Positions 22,380 to 32,177 of a stretch of 64,000 bases of DNA are shown piece after piece (position 1 is the stretch's first letter; each line of letters starts with the position of its first letter). This stretch comes from an uncultured Roseobacteraceae bacterium (GTDB lineage: Bacteria > Pseudomonadota > Alphaproteobacteria > Rhodobacterales > Rhodobacteraceae): assembly GCA_964022435.1 (NCBI GenBank), contig CAXIAL010000009.1:5659-69658 (forward strand), written 5' to 3'. The position numbers were made by a program, and so were the translations under genes. The notes below the pieces were generated by a model. It had not been told where the DNA came from, made no database searches, and was given only the letters and a program-made list of their open reading frames with translations.

Positions 22380-24025
22380 AGATTTGCCACCGGCAGCCAC
22401 CAATCATCCGCGTTGTCCAGTTCGCCCCACAATGGCGCGCCTTGGGCCAATGTGATGCGCGTCCAGCGGTCCGATTTGGGGTCAAACTTCGCGGCCCCAA
22501 AGAACGACAATTTGCAGCGCAGCATATCAATCGGCAGGCAATCGCGGCCAATCAGATTGTCGCGGATTTCGCTATAGGGATGCCGGTCGAGGGTCTGCAC
22601 GCGTTTCACTGCTGCGCGATGTTCGGGGTGGCGCGCAAGGAAACCAGCGACCGTGCCGGATTGTCCTGTTAGTGCGTGATGCAAGATTTTGACCTGCCGT
22701 GAAATATCCAGCGGGCTTTCAAGATGCGCTCCATCTTCGGCATGGCGGTCACCGAGGCGTGGTTCCAGCTTTTCCTCTGACACATACCAAAATTTCGCGC
22801 AATTTTCGGGCGATTCATAGTCGATATCGCAGGCCCAATCCCAATCCCGCGCGATTAAATCTGCAAGCGCGTCACAGGACATCATCGGGTCGACCTGCGG
22901 CGCAAACGGCGTGGCCATGCAGTCGGCCAGCCCGTCAATCAGGTCGCCGAACGGTTCGAGAACCATAGCCGCGATCAGCTCTTGGGTATCGATTGACCAT
23001 TTACTGCTGAGCGTCAGAAGCAAATCAATCGGATGTCGGCCGGACATTGCGGCGGGGGTCATTGCCGCGATCACCTTGGGCCATTCGGCGCGAAGCGTAT
23101 CGATCCGATCCGCTGCTATCTGATCAGGTACATTCCATTGATTCAGATGATCAGTGACCCGCGCCGCAAGATCCATCAGTCGCGCGACCTGCGCCGCACC
23201 CAATTCCGGCAATGCCCGCACCCGCGCAATCGCCGTTTCGCGGACCTGCATCCATGAATCCAACAACACTGGGTGGTTCACCAAAAACGGCGCCATCCCA
23301 AGGCCCGTGGAATTGCCGATGCCCAAATGACGTTTCATCTCGCGGCTCAGCTTTGCACCACCAACATGTTCGGCAAGATCATGGGTAAAGCCGCGGATCA
23401 GCAGCACGATCAGCATTTCGGCCATGAACGGCCCACCCATGCCGGGCCTGTCGGCGATGCGCCCGCGATCCGCGATGCCGAATTTCCCGTTGCCGTAAAC
23501 GGCGGTGGTTCGCATCAAATAGCCCGTGGATTTCACCAAATCAGCATCCGGCTGCTGCCCCTCGCGCAATGCAGTCGTGACGTGATCGAACAGGCGCACG
23601 GATTTATTTGCGCGGCTAAGCACCAGATCACGCTCGGTAAAGCGCCCTGCCTCTTGCAGCGGGGCCGATGCAACGATGCGGTCAATTTCGGACTGTGACG
23701 GGATGCCATCATATAAAACATAGGCCGTGTCCCACGCCGTCGCGATCACGCGGTCGGTGCGCATTTCGGGCGGCAAATCCGTGGACACCGCGACCAAGGC
23801 GTAATCGAACCCGCCAAAGCGAAGCTGATAAACCGCATGACCGAACCCATTGGCACACATTTGCCAAACGGTGCGATCAACGCGCACATTTTCCGCAGTT
23901 AAAGCCCGTAGAAGAGTCCGCATAAACGACAAACGATGCGGGAATGACGCCCCCATACGCCGCAAGCGCATCACATCTTGTGGTGCGCGCAACGGCATTT
24001 GCGCGGGGGCAATTGCGTCCTTCAT
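22376..24025 (-). CDS. Uncharacterised 549-aa protein
   Basis: Long open frame with conserved-looking blocks (RTTAVYGNGKFG, GIGNSTGLGMAPFL, KLSFFGAAKFDPKSDRW); no family I can name. Confidence 0.75.
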   Translation of the reverse strand: MKDAIAPAQMPLRAPQDVMRLRRMGASFPHRLSFMRTLLRALTAENVRVDRTVWQMCANGFGHAVYQLRFGGFDYALVAVSTDLPPEMRTDRVIATAWDTAYVLYDGIPSQSEIDRIVASAPLQEAGRFTERDLVLSRANKSVRLFDHVTTALREGQQPDADLVKSTGYLMRTTAVYGNGKFGIADRGRIADRPGMGGPFMAEMLIVLLIRGFTHDLAEHVGGAKLSREMKRHLGIGNSTGLGMAPFLVNHPVLLDSWMQVRETAIARVRALPELGAAQVARLMDLAARVTDHLNQWNVPDQIAADRIDTLRAEWPKVIAAMTPAAMSGRHPIDLLLTLSSKWSIDTQELIAAMVLEPFGDLIDGLADCMATPFAPQVDPMMSCDALADLIARDWDWACDIDYESPENCAKFWYVSEEKLEPRLGDRHAEDGAHLESPLDISRQVKILHHALTGQSGTVAGFLARHPEHRAAVKRVQTLDRHPYSEIRDNLIGRDCLPIDMLRCKLSFFGAAKFDPKSDRWTRITLAQGAPLWGELDNADDWWLPVANL

Positions 24026-24242
24026 CGCAGGTCTCGCATCATTTGAAAAATCTCCCTCACAAAAATGCTATCACATCACCCATATTCTCCCTGTCAAAAA
24101 TGGACATTTCGGATTCGGTTTGCGGCGTCTTGATCGCCATCCATTTCTTTGCCGATGCCCGAAATTGTGAGGTTGCAGACCTTTGAACTCTGGTGAGAGC
24201 AGGGTAATGTGCTGCAATCCCACGGCCGCAAAGGTGCCTTAA

Positions 24243-26036
24243 ATGCTTAACCTCAAACGGATCATCACAGCCATGGTCCTTTGGCCCGCTGCGGTTGTTG
24301 CGCAAGACATCTCGTTTGACGTTAAAGGGGAAAGCAGCGATTTGGCTGCGGCATTGCGATCGGCGTCGTTGGTGTTAGCGACCTCAGCAGATAAAAACCC
24401 TGATCCACAAGACTATATCGCGGCTGCGCGGGCGGATTACAGGCGGCTTTTGACCGCGCTTTACGGGCGCGGTTATTACAGCGGTGTCATTTCGATTTCC
24501 GTCGACGGGCGCGAAGCGTCCAGTATCGCACCACTTGCAGCCCCTGCTCGGATCAACGCCATCACGCTACGCGTTGATCCAGGTCCTGTATTTCGATTTG
24601 GCGACACCGACATCAGCCCAACCGCATCTGGCACCCTGCTGCCCGAAAGTTTTGCGCGCGGTCAAACTGCTGCGGCGAATGTTGTCGGGCAAGCCGTCAC
24701 TGCCGCCGTTGATGCATGGCGCGACACGGGTCACGCCAAAGCCGCCCGTATCGGTCAAAGCATCACAGCGCAGCACGCTGCGCAAGAATTGAACGTACGT
24801 GTCGCCATCGCGCCCGGCCCGCAACTGACATTCGGTGACGTGAGCGTGACCGGCAATGCCGCCGTGCGCACCGATCGGATCGTTGCGATTGCTGGTCTGC
24901 CTGTTGGAGAAACATTTTCGCCTGCGGCACTGAAAAAGGCAGAGCAACGCCTGCGCGAAACAGGTGCCTTCGACAGTGTCACCACGACCGAGGCAAAGGT
25001 GATCGGACCTAACGACACCTTACCAATCGTTTTGAATGTCGCCGAAAGGAAACCGCGGCGCTTTGGCTTTGGGCTGGAACTGTCATCCATCGAAGGGATC
25101 AAAGTTTCGTCGTTCTGGCTGCACCGAAACTTCCTCGGCGGGGCGGAACGGTTTCGCGTGGATGGTGAAATTTCTGGGATCGGTGGCGAAACCGGCGGCG
25201 TCGACTATACGATTGGCCTAAATTTAGAACGCCCGGCTGTTTATGGCCCCGATACCGATGGTTTCATTCGGTCCCAGTTAAGCCGCGAAGACGAGCCCGA
25301 CTACCGCGTCGATCAATTCGCGATTGAGGCAGGTCTGACACGCGTGATCGCCGATGATCTGGTGGCTGAAATTGGTGTTGGCTTTCTGACCGCCCGCGAC
25401 GTCACTGACCTTGGCACACGCGATTACACGTTGGTCACCTTTCCAATTTCAGCGACTTTGGACCGGCGTGATGTTCCAACGAATGCAACGGATGGCTATT
25501 ATCTCGATCTCGAAACGACCCCGTTTTTCGACACTGCCAATGACGTTGTTGGGGCGCGGATGTTTGCAGATGCACGTGCCTATCGTAGCGTAGGGGCGGA
25601 CGAACAACTAACGCTCGCAGGCCGATTGCAAGTCGGCAGCCTGCTGGGGACAAGCATTCAAAATGCCCCCGCCGATTTCCTGTTCTATTCTGGCGGTGGC
25701 GGCACCGTGCGGGGCCAACCTTATAAATCGCTGGCTATTGACGATCTCGTGGGTGGGCAAGCCGTGCGAACAGGCGGCCAATCTTTCGTTGGCGCCCAAT
25801 TCGAAGCACGTTATGCAGTAAACGACACAATCGGGCTTGTCGGGTTTTACGATGTGGGTCAGGTCAGCGCCGACGCGGGCTTTGACAACAACACGGGCTG
25901 GCATGCGGGCGCGGGTGTTGGCATCCGGTATAACACCGGCATCGGCCCAATTCGGTTAGACATCAGCACCCCTGCCAGCGGCGCAAACATCGCGAAATCC
26001 GTTCAGGTATACATCGGGATCGGGCAATCGTTTTGA
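24243..26036 (+). CDS. tamA: Translocation and assembly module TamA (Omp85 family)
   Basis: Signal peptide, POTRA-like region, GGGGTVRGQPY loop, GIRYNTGIGPIRLD, C-terminal YIGIGQSF. Confidence 0.9.
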   Translation: MLNLKRIITAMVLWPAAVVAQDISFDVKGESSDLAAALRSASLVLATSADKNPDPQDYIAAARADYRRLLTALYGRGYYSGVISISVDGREASSIAPLAAPARINAITLRVDPGPVFRFGDTDISPTASGTLLPESFARGQTAAANVVGQAVTAAVDAWRDTGHAKAARIGQSITAQHAAQELNVRVAIAPGPQLTFGDVSVTGNAAVRTDRIVAIAGLPVGETFSPAALKKAEQRLRETGAFDSVTTTEAKVIGPNDTLPIVLNVAERKPRRFGFGLELSSIEGIKVSSFWLHRNFLGGAERFRVDGEISGIGGETGGVDYTIGLNLERPAVYGPDTDGFIRSQLSREDEPDYRVDQFAIEAGLTRVIADDLVAEIGVGFLTARDVTDLGTRDYTLVTFPISATLDRRDVPTNATDGYYLDLETTPFFDTANDVVGARMFADARAYRSVGADEQLTLAGRLQVGSLLGTSIQNAPADFLFYSGGGGTVRGQPYKSLAIDDLVGGQAVRTGGQSFVGAQFEARYAVNDTIGLVGFYDVGQVSADAGFDNNTGWHAGAGVGIRYNTGIGPIRLDISTPASGANIAKSVQVYIGIGQSF

Positions 26037-29000
26037 AACAGCTTATTCTCGCCAGCACGCTTGCCTGCGCGCCATTGATGGCATCGGGACAAACCCAAGA
26101 AGACATCGACAAAGGGTTTCTGGTCGACTTGATCGAAAGCAATCTATCGAGCAGCACGCGCGACGTGAGCATCACTGGCTTCAAAGGCGCGCTTAGCTCG
26201 GCAGCATCCTTGGATGTGATGACAATTGCCGATGCGGATGGCGTTTGGCTGACATTGGAAGATGTGGTTCTCGATTGGAACCGAAGCGCTGTGCTGCGCG
26301 GGCAGATCGACGTTGAAGAACTCAGCGCCGCGCGCATCATTATCACCCGTCCCCCCGCCTCGGAACCGTCAGCCCCCAGCCCAGAAGCCGTTGGGTTTTC
26401 ATTGCCCAGCCTGCCGGTTGGCATTGCATTGGGGAAATTGGCGATTGCAGAAATAGTCTTGGGCGAGGCGTTTTTGGGCGAGGAAATTTCGCTGAGCTTG
26501 ACCGGAAATGCGGCCCTGTCGGGCGGCGAAGGCAATGCAATGGTGACCGCCAAGCGTCTAGGGAACAAGGCTGGCATTTTCTCTATCGACGGTAGTTATA
26601 GCAACGAAAGCCGCATTCTGGCGCTGGACCTCTCGGTCGCAGAAGACGCGGACGGCATCGCCGCGTCGATTTTGAATTTACCAGACCGCCCATCAGCCGA
26701 ATTGTCCGTTTCTGGCACCGCACCGATTGACAACTACACAGCCGAACTGACGCTGGCGACCAACGGACAGGACCGGATCACTGGCGATTTCAGCTATGAG
26801 ACCGATGATCTAGGACACCTGATCAATCTCGATATTGGCGGTGATATTTCGCCCCTGTTTGATCCTGCATATCAGGCCTTCTTTGGCGACGATGTTAGTC
26901 TTGTTGTATCGCTACGCAACGGCAACAGCGGCCGTGTCGACTTGCAAAACTTGACGCTGACATCCGACAGCTTGAACCTATCGGGCACCGCGCAGATCGG
27001 TGCGCAAGGATGGCCAGAACGGGTCGACCTGCGCGGGCAAATCGCGAATGATGACGGTGATCCCGTTTTACTGCCGCTGGCAGGGCCGAAAACCTTTCTC
27101 GACACCGCGCAATTTGATCTGCAATTCGACCAAAAGGTTTCACCGGACTGGACGATTGATCTGGACGTAACTGACTTTGAGCGCCCCGGCGTATTCATTG
27201 ACGAAATCAACCTGATTGGCACCGGTATTCTCGTTGGCGGGCAGGATGATGTGAATGGAGAAGCCACCGCCAATCTGACATATACGGTGGCAGGGTTACA
27301 GTTGGATGATGTGGGTGCAGCGCAAGCATTGGGCGACACGATCAATGGCGTTTTGACAGCAAAGCGCACAGAAGGAAGCCCGACACAGATCACCGCATTC
27401 ACACTGTCCGGCCCAGGTCTAGAGGCACGTGCGACAGCCACCATCGCCGGCCCTGAAACCGGACTAAGAACGCAAAGCACTGTCGCCCTGACCGTCGATA
27501 CGCTTGAGCGGTTTTCAACACTGGCCGGTCGCCCGTTGGCGGGGTCTAGTGCTGTGTTGATCTCCAGCACGGTTGCCCCGCTTGACGGCACTTTTGACAT
27601 CGATGTGACGGGCACGACCCATGATCTTTTGGTCGGCATCCCGCAACTTGACGCCGTTCTATCGGGGCGCGGCACAATCGCGGCCACAGCGGAACGAGAC
27701 ACCGACGGCACGCGACTAACCGACCTACGTATCCAGACATCTGCGGCCAAGCTGACCGGTTCAGCCGATTTAGCAAGCACTGGCAGCGATGCCACGATCG
27801 ACATCTCGGTCCAAGACATCGCGCGGATTGAACCTCGATTGACTGGCGCATTGACAGCAACCATTGATGCGGCCCGCGACGTATCCGATCAAACCAAAGT
27901 CACGTTGCGCGTCGATGGTCTTGGCACGGATATCGACGTGCTGGCAGACATCAGCCCGACCCAAGAAATTTCGGGCACGGTAGATGCCGTCGTAGACAAT
28001 CTCGCAACATTTCAACGGCTGATCGGCCAGTCAGTATCAGGTGGTCTATCCGCGCAGATAGCGGGCACGGCTATGTCAGATTTTTCGGCCTTTGTTGGTA
28101 CCGCCGACATGCAAACCAGCAATTTAGGCGTGGGCAACGCCATTGCCGATTTGCTGCTAGCAGGCAACGGACGCCTAAGCGCATCCGCGAATTTGGCAAA
28201 TGGAACCCTGCAAATTGACAGGCTAACAGCAGAGACACCGCAAATGTCGATTACGGGCAATCTCGGGGGCAGTAACGGCACGGGAACAGGGGCATTCAAC
28301 GCCCGCCTGCGCGATGTTGGCATACTGACAGATCAATTGAGCGGACCAGTCACGGCCTCTGGTACCGCGGCACGCCCAAGCTTTGGCAACTGGCAAATCG
28401 ACGCGACCGCCAATGGCCCGGGCGGTATTAATCTGCGCGCAGACGGACAAGTCGCGCAATCTGGAAATTTGAACATCGATGTGCGAGGCACTGCACCGCT
28501 AGGTTTAGCAAACCGCGTCTTGGAACCGCGCCGCATCACCGGCGATGCGGTGTTTGATTTGGCGTTAAACGGATCGCCAACCGTGGATGCATTATCGGGG
28601 CGGATCGACCTGCGAAACGCACGCGTGACTGCGCCCACATTGGCGCAGGGTTTGTCGAATATTGTGGGCGGCATCGGCTTTGCAAATGGCACTGCGCGAT
28701 TGGGTATCACCGGAGATGTGCAATCCGGCGGGTCCGTTTCCGTGACTGGTCCTGTGGGCCTGAATGCCCCGCAAACGGCGGACATTGCAGTCGCCCTAAG
28801 CAATGTCATCCTGAAAGATCCGACGCTTTACAGCACCAGCATTGGCGGCACCCTGACGGTCAAAGGGCCACTTTCTGGTGGCGCAGAAATCGCCGGTCAG
28901 CTTAGCCTTGGGCAAACCGAATTGCAGGTGCCTTCTTCTGGTGTTGGGGCATTAGGCGATTTGCCGGATGTCACCCACATCGGTGCATCAAACGCAGTGC

Positions 29001-29764
29001 GCACGACCTTGGCCCGCGCAGGTGTCACCAACGAAACCAACGTTGAAACCGCTGGCAGTATTCGCCCTTTCCCGCTGGATATCGCAATCAATGCCCCTTC
29101 GCGGATCTTCATTCGTGGGCGCGGTTTGGACGCTGAATTGGGTGGCACATTGCGGATCGGCGGCACCACCGCTGATGTGCAGCCCATTGGATTGTTTGAA
29201 CTTGTGCGCGGGCGCATCGACATTTTGCAGCAACGGTTCGAACTCGCCGAGGGCAGTGCGTCGCTTCAAGGCGACTTTGAGCCCTACATCCGGCTGGTCG
29301 CTCGGACCGAGGCCCGCACGGGCACTGCAATTTCGATCATCGTTGAGGGCCCTGCAAGCGAGCCGGTGGTCAGTTTTATTTCGACGCCCTCCCTGCCCCA
29401 AGACGACGTCTTAGCGCAGCTGATTTTCGGGCGTGATCTGCAAAATATCAGCCCACTGCAAGCCGTGCAGCTTGCGGCGGCTGTAGGCACTTTGGCAGGG
29501 CGCGGCGGCGGCGGATTGATCGATACTTTCCGCCAAAATATCGGGCTGGATGATTTTGACGTAACCACAGACGAGGACGGAAATGCCGCCGTTCGCGCGG
29601 GCAAATACCTATCGGAAAACGTCTATACGGATGTGATTGTGTCCAGCGATGGAACCACCGAAGTGAACATTAATCTCGACATCACCGATGATTTTACCGC
29701 CAAAGGGTCCGTAGACGGAGACGGTGAAACAAGCATCGGGATATTCTTTGAAAAAGACTACTGA
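26033..29764 (+). CDS. tamB: Translocation and assembly module TamB
   Basis: 1243 aa beta-rich protein; C-terminal RGRGLDAELGG and GKYLSENVY...FFEKDY; TTGA overlap with tamA. Confidence 0.88.
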   Translation: MKQLILASTLACAPLMASGQTQEDIDKGFLVDLIESNLSSSTRDVSITGFKGALSSAASLDVMTIADADGVWLTLEDVVLDWNRSAVLRGQIDVEELSAARIIITRPPASEPSAPSPEAVGFSLPSLPVGIALGKLAIAEIVLGEAFLGEEISLSLTGNAALSGGEGNAMVTAKRLGNKAGIFSIDGSYSNESRILALDLSVAEDADGIAASILNLPDRPSAELSVSGTAPIDNYTAELTLATNGQDRITGDFSYETDDLGHLINLDIGGDISPLFDPAYQAFFGDDVSLVVSLRNGNSGRVDLQNLTLTSDSLNLSGTAQIGAQGWPERVDLRGQIANDDGDPVLLPLAGPKTFLDTAQFDLQFDQKVSPDWTIDLDVTDFERPGVFIDEINLIGTGILVGGQDDVNGEATANLTYTVAGLQLDDVGAAQALGDTINGVLTAKRTEGSPTQITAFTLSGPGLEARATATIAGPETGLRTQSTVALTVDTLERFSTLAGRPLAGSSAVLISSTVAPLDGTFDIDVTGTTHDLLVGIPQLDAVLSGRGTIAATAERDTDGTRLTDLRIQTSAAKLTGSADLASTGSDATIDISVQDIARIEPRLTGALTATIDAARDVSDQTKVTLRVDGLGTDIDVLADISPTQEISGTVDAVVDNLATFQRLIGQSVSGGLSAQIAGTAMSDFSAFVGTADMQTSNLGVGNAIADLLLAGNGRLSASANLANGTLQIDRLTAETPQMSITGNLGGSNGTGTGAFNARLRDVGILTDQLSGPVTASGTAARPSFGNWQIDATANGPGGINLRADGQVAQSGNLNIDVRGTAPLGLANRVLEPRRITGDAVFDLALNGSPTVDALSGRIDLRNARVTAPTLAQGLSNIVGGIGFANGTARLGITGDVQSGGSVSVTGPVGLNAPQTADIAVALSNVILKDPTLYSTSIGGTLTVKGPLSGGAEIAGQLSLGQTELQVPSSGVGALGDLPDVTHIGASNAVRTTLARAGVTNETNVETAGSIRPFPLDIAINAPSRIFIRGRGLDAELGGTLRIGGTTADVQPIGLFELVRGRIDILQQRFELAEGSASLQGDFEPYIRLVARTEARTGTAISIIVEGPASEPVVSFISTPSLPQDDVLAQLIFGRDLQNISPLQAVQLAAAVGTLAGRGGGGLIDTFRQNIGLDDFDVTTDEDGNAAVRAGKYLSENVYTDVIVSSDGTTEVNINLDITDDFTAKGSVDGDGETSIGIFFEKDY

Positions 29765-30549
29765 TCCGCGAGGAATTGCAGGATTGGCGTCGTGAACGCG
29801 CTAGAGGTTTCCATCAGGCCAAGGTGCTGCAACGCGGGCACGATGATAGTCTGGGCGCCCGCGATTTCAGACGCGATATCATGGCTCATATCGGGCGTGC
29901 TGCCGCTGTCGTTTTCGCAGGTCATCACCAACGTCGGCGTGGTGATTTCACCCTCGCGTCCCGTCAATTCCACGACCCCGTTCGCCAGCACCCACGCCGC
30001 TTGGGCGTAGCTGTCGTCATCGACCATTTCGCGCCAATTGCGAACCAACGCTGGGCCGTCGCCAGCCCCTAAATAAGCGGGTGTGAACCAGCGCTTTAGC
30101 GCCGCATCAAAAGTTGCAAAAGCACCTTGATCACGGGCGGCCAGCGCGCGAGCCTCGACCTGTGCTTGTGCATCAGTCCCGCGATCATGTGGGGAGTTCA
30201 GGATCGTCAGCGATGCAACGCGCTCGGGGTAGTCCAACGCGAAACGTCGATTGATCATCCCCCCGATAGAGAATCCTACAACATGAACCTTGGCGACCCC
30301 GAGGTGATCCGACAGCCCTGCGAGTTGACCAGCATAAACTGACAGACTGGCCGTCGCCGCCGACTTTTCCGACGCCCCATGCCCATACAGATCATAGGTC
30401 AATACGCGATAGCCCGCAAAGGCAGGCAGCATCCCCGCAAAAACATCGCGGCACAGGCCCAGCCCGTGGATGAAAACCACGACGGGTGCATCCACAGGGC
30501 CGGTTAGCGTGTAAGACGTGCCGTTAAACGCCGGCGGGGTTGTCGACAT
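29758..30549 (-). CDS. Alpha/beta hydrolase (TgnD-like position in the operon)
   Basis: HGLG oxyanion motif, GFSIG nucleophile elbow, C-terminal His (ALQHLG). Confidence 0.85.
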   Translation of the reverse strand: MSTTPPAFNGTSYTLTGPVDAPVVVFIHGLGLCRDVFAGMLPAFAGYRVLTYDLYGHGASEKSAATASLSVYAGQLAGLSDHLGVAKVHVVGFSIGGMINRRFALDYPERVASLTILNSPHDRGTDAQAQVEARALAARDQGAFATFDAALKRWFTPAYLGAGDGPALVRNWREMVDDDSYAQAAWVLANGVVELTGREGEITTPTLVMTCENDSGSTPDMSHDIASEIAGAQTIIVPALQHLGLMETSSAFTTPILQFLADQ

Positions 30550-31120
30550 CGTGGCCCATTTCCTCAAGATCTTCGTAACGGTTGCCAATGCGGTGGTTCG
30601 GATGCCCGCCGATGGATGCGCCAAGTGCAACGATCAGCTCGTCATCCGCTGGCGCATCGGGCACACAGGTGTGGATCGTCTGGTAATGGCTGCGCGCGCC
30701 GCCGTCATCTTTGTGCATCAACGGAATGATCACAGGGGTGCCTGCCGACCCGCGCGTGTTCGCAAATACAAGGTAAGATTTTGCCTCCACCGCATCCCGA
30801 TATTGGTTCCCAAACCACAGCGTGTGGGTCAGCCCTTGGGCGTGTTCCAGCTCTCCGCCCATGCCGACAACGGATGATTTACCGTAGCCTTCCACGGTGC
30901 CGCCCGTTTCCTTGAGGATCATGTCGGTCAGCAATTTGCCCAATACCGGCCCATGATCGCGGATCGCAGGGCGCAGGTTTTCGACGTATCCCATGCCCGC
31001 CCAAGGGTTCTTAATAATCGCCATGGCCGCGACCAAAAGGGTTGGCGTGTCCACGGTCTTGCCGCCTTCGACAAAAGTGGTTTGCACGGTCGTCAGGGTG
31101 CGGCGAATTTCAACAGTCAT
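30524..31120 (-). CDS. 'Amino acid synthesis' family protein (DUF1185; TgnF-like)
   Basis: IIKNPWAG, GYGKS.VVG..GELEHA, IPLMHKDD...RSHY, DAP.DDEL.VALG. Confidence 0.8.
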   Translation of the reverse strand: MTVEIRRTLTTVQTTFVEGGKTVDTPTLLVAAMAIIKNPWAGMGYVENLRPAIRDHGPVLGKLLTDMILKETGGTVEGYGKSSVVGMGGELEHAQGLTHTLWFGNQYRDAVEAKSYLVFANTRGSAGTPVIIPLMHKDDGGARSHYQTIHTCVPDAPADDELIVALGASIGGHPNHRIGNRYEDLEEMGHDVDNPAGV

Positions 31121-31132
31121 TGTGGTTTTCCT

Positions 31133-32164
31133 TTAGGCAAATGCAGGCATGACGCGGTCGATAAACAGCTGGAGCGACCGCTTTTGCAGGTCCATATCCA
31201 GCCCCATCGAGGCGTAGTAGATAAAGGCGTCGACGCCAAGGTCTTCGTATCCGCGCAGCTTTCCGATGACCGTATCAGGGTCGCCGAACATCAGGTTTTC
31301 TTCGAGCATATCAAGGTCGACGCGCACGTTGCCCTCTAGCTCTTCCAAGGGCACGATTTCAGGGAAGCCGTTGATGACATCGCCCTTCTTCATCATAACA
31401 TTGCCGAACCGGCCCAATGTGCCGCGAATGGTGGTCAGCGCCTCTTGGCGGTCATCCTCGTTTTCATAAAGTGCGGTGTGCCGCATCAGTGCGAATGTGC
31501 CGTCCCAACCGCCCGCTTTGGCGATGCTTTCATCCAGCTGGCCCTTGTATTTCTCGGCCTCTGCCATGGGCAAGGTGAACGGCCAACACATGACGTTGCA
31601 GTCATTTGCAACGGCATAATCGAACGTCGCAGGTGACCGCGCGGCGACCCACATCGGCACGGTGTCTTGCACAGGTTTCGGGCAGGATGTGGCCGCAGGG
31701 AACCGCCAGTGGTCGCCGTTATGTTCCACGTCGCCCTTCCACAATTCGCGGACCAAGGGCAGCATTTCTTGCATGTATTTATGCCCGTCCTTTTGATCGA
31801 GCCCGGGACGCATCCGGTCAAATTCACGCTGATAGGCACCGGACCCGAGGCCCAAATTCAACCGCCCATCCGACAGCAAATCGACCATCGCCGCCTCGCC
31901 CGCCAGATTGATCGGATGCCAATAGGACGCGTTCGCGACACCACAGCCAAGCTGGATGTTCGTCGTATGATTGGCCCACCAAGTCATGATCTGAAACGGG
32001 TTGGGCGCGATGGTCATTTCAAGCGCGTGATGTTCAGCAGCCCAAGCGATCTCAAAACCCGCGTCATCGGCCATTTTGACCATCTCCAACACGTGGTCGC
32101 GCACGGCGATCATGTCGGTCGTTTCGTCCATACGCTCGAGGTTAATTGCGATGTGGAATTTCAT
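31133..32164 (-). CDS. LLM-class (luciferase-like) flavin-dependent monooxygenase, TgnB-like
   Basis: W.AEHH, TIAPNPF, WHPINLAGEAAM.D..S.GRL, LWKGD.EHNG, WVAARSP. Confidence 0.88.
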   Translation of the reverse strand: MKFHIAINLERMDETTDMIAVRDHVLEMVKMADDAGFEIAWAAEHHALEMTIAPNPFQIMTWWANHTTNIQLGCGVANASYWHPINLAGEAAMVDLLSDGRLNLGLGSGAYQREFDRMRPGLDQKDGHKYMQEMLPLVRELWKGDVEHNGDHWRFPAATSCPKPVQDTVPMWVAARSPATFDYAVANDCNVMCWPFTLPMAEAEKYKGQLDESIAKAGGWDGTFALMRHTALYENEDDRQEALTTIRGTLGRFGNVMMKKGDVINGFPEIVPLEELEGNVRVDLDMLEENLMFGDPDTVIGKLRGYEDLGVDAFIYYASMGLDMDLQKRSLQLFIDRVMPAFA

Positions 32165-32177
32165 GGCTCTCTCCTGA

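Noticed and set aside
31133-32164. Bacterial luciferase (luxA/luxB)
   Set aside because: Single LLM gene with no luxCDE; context is catabolic
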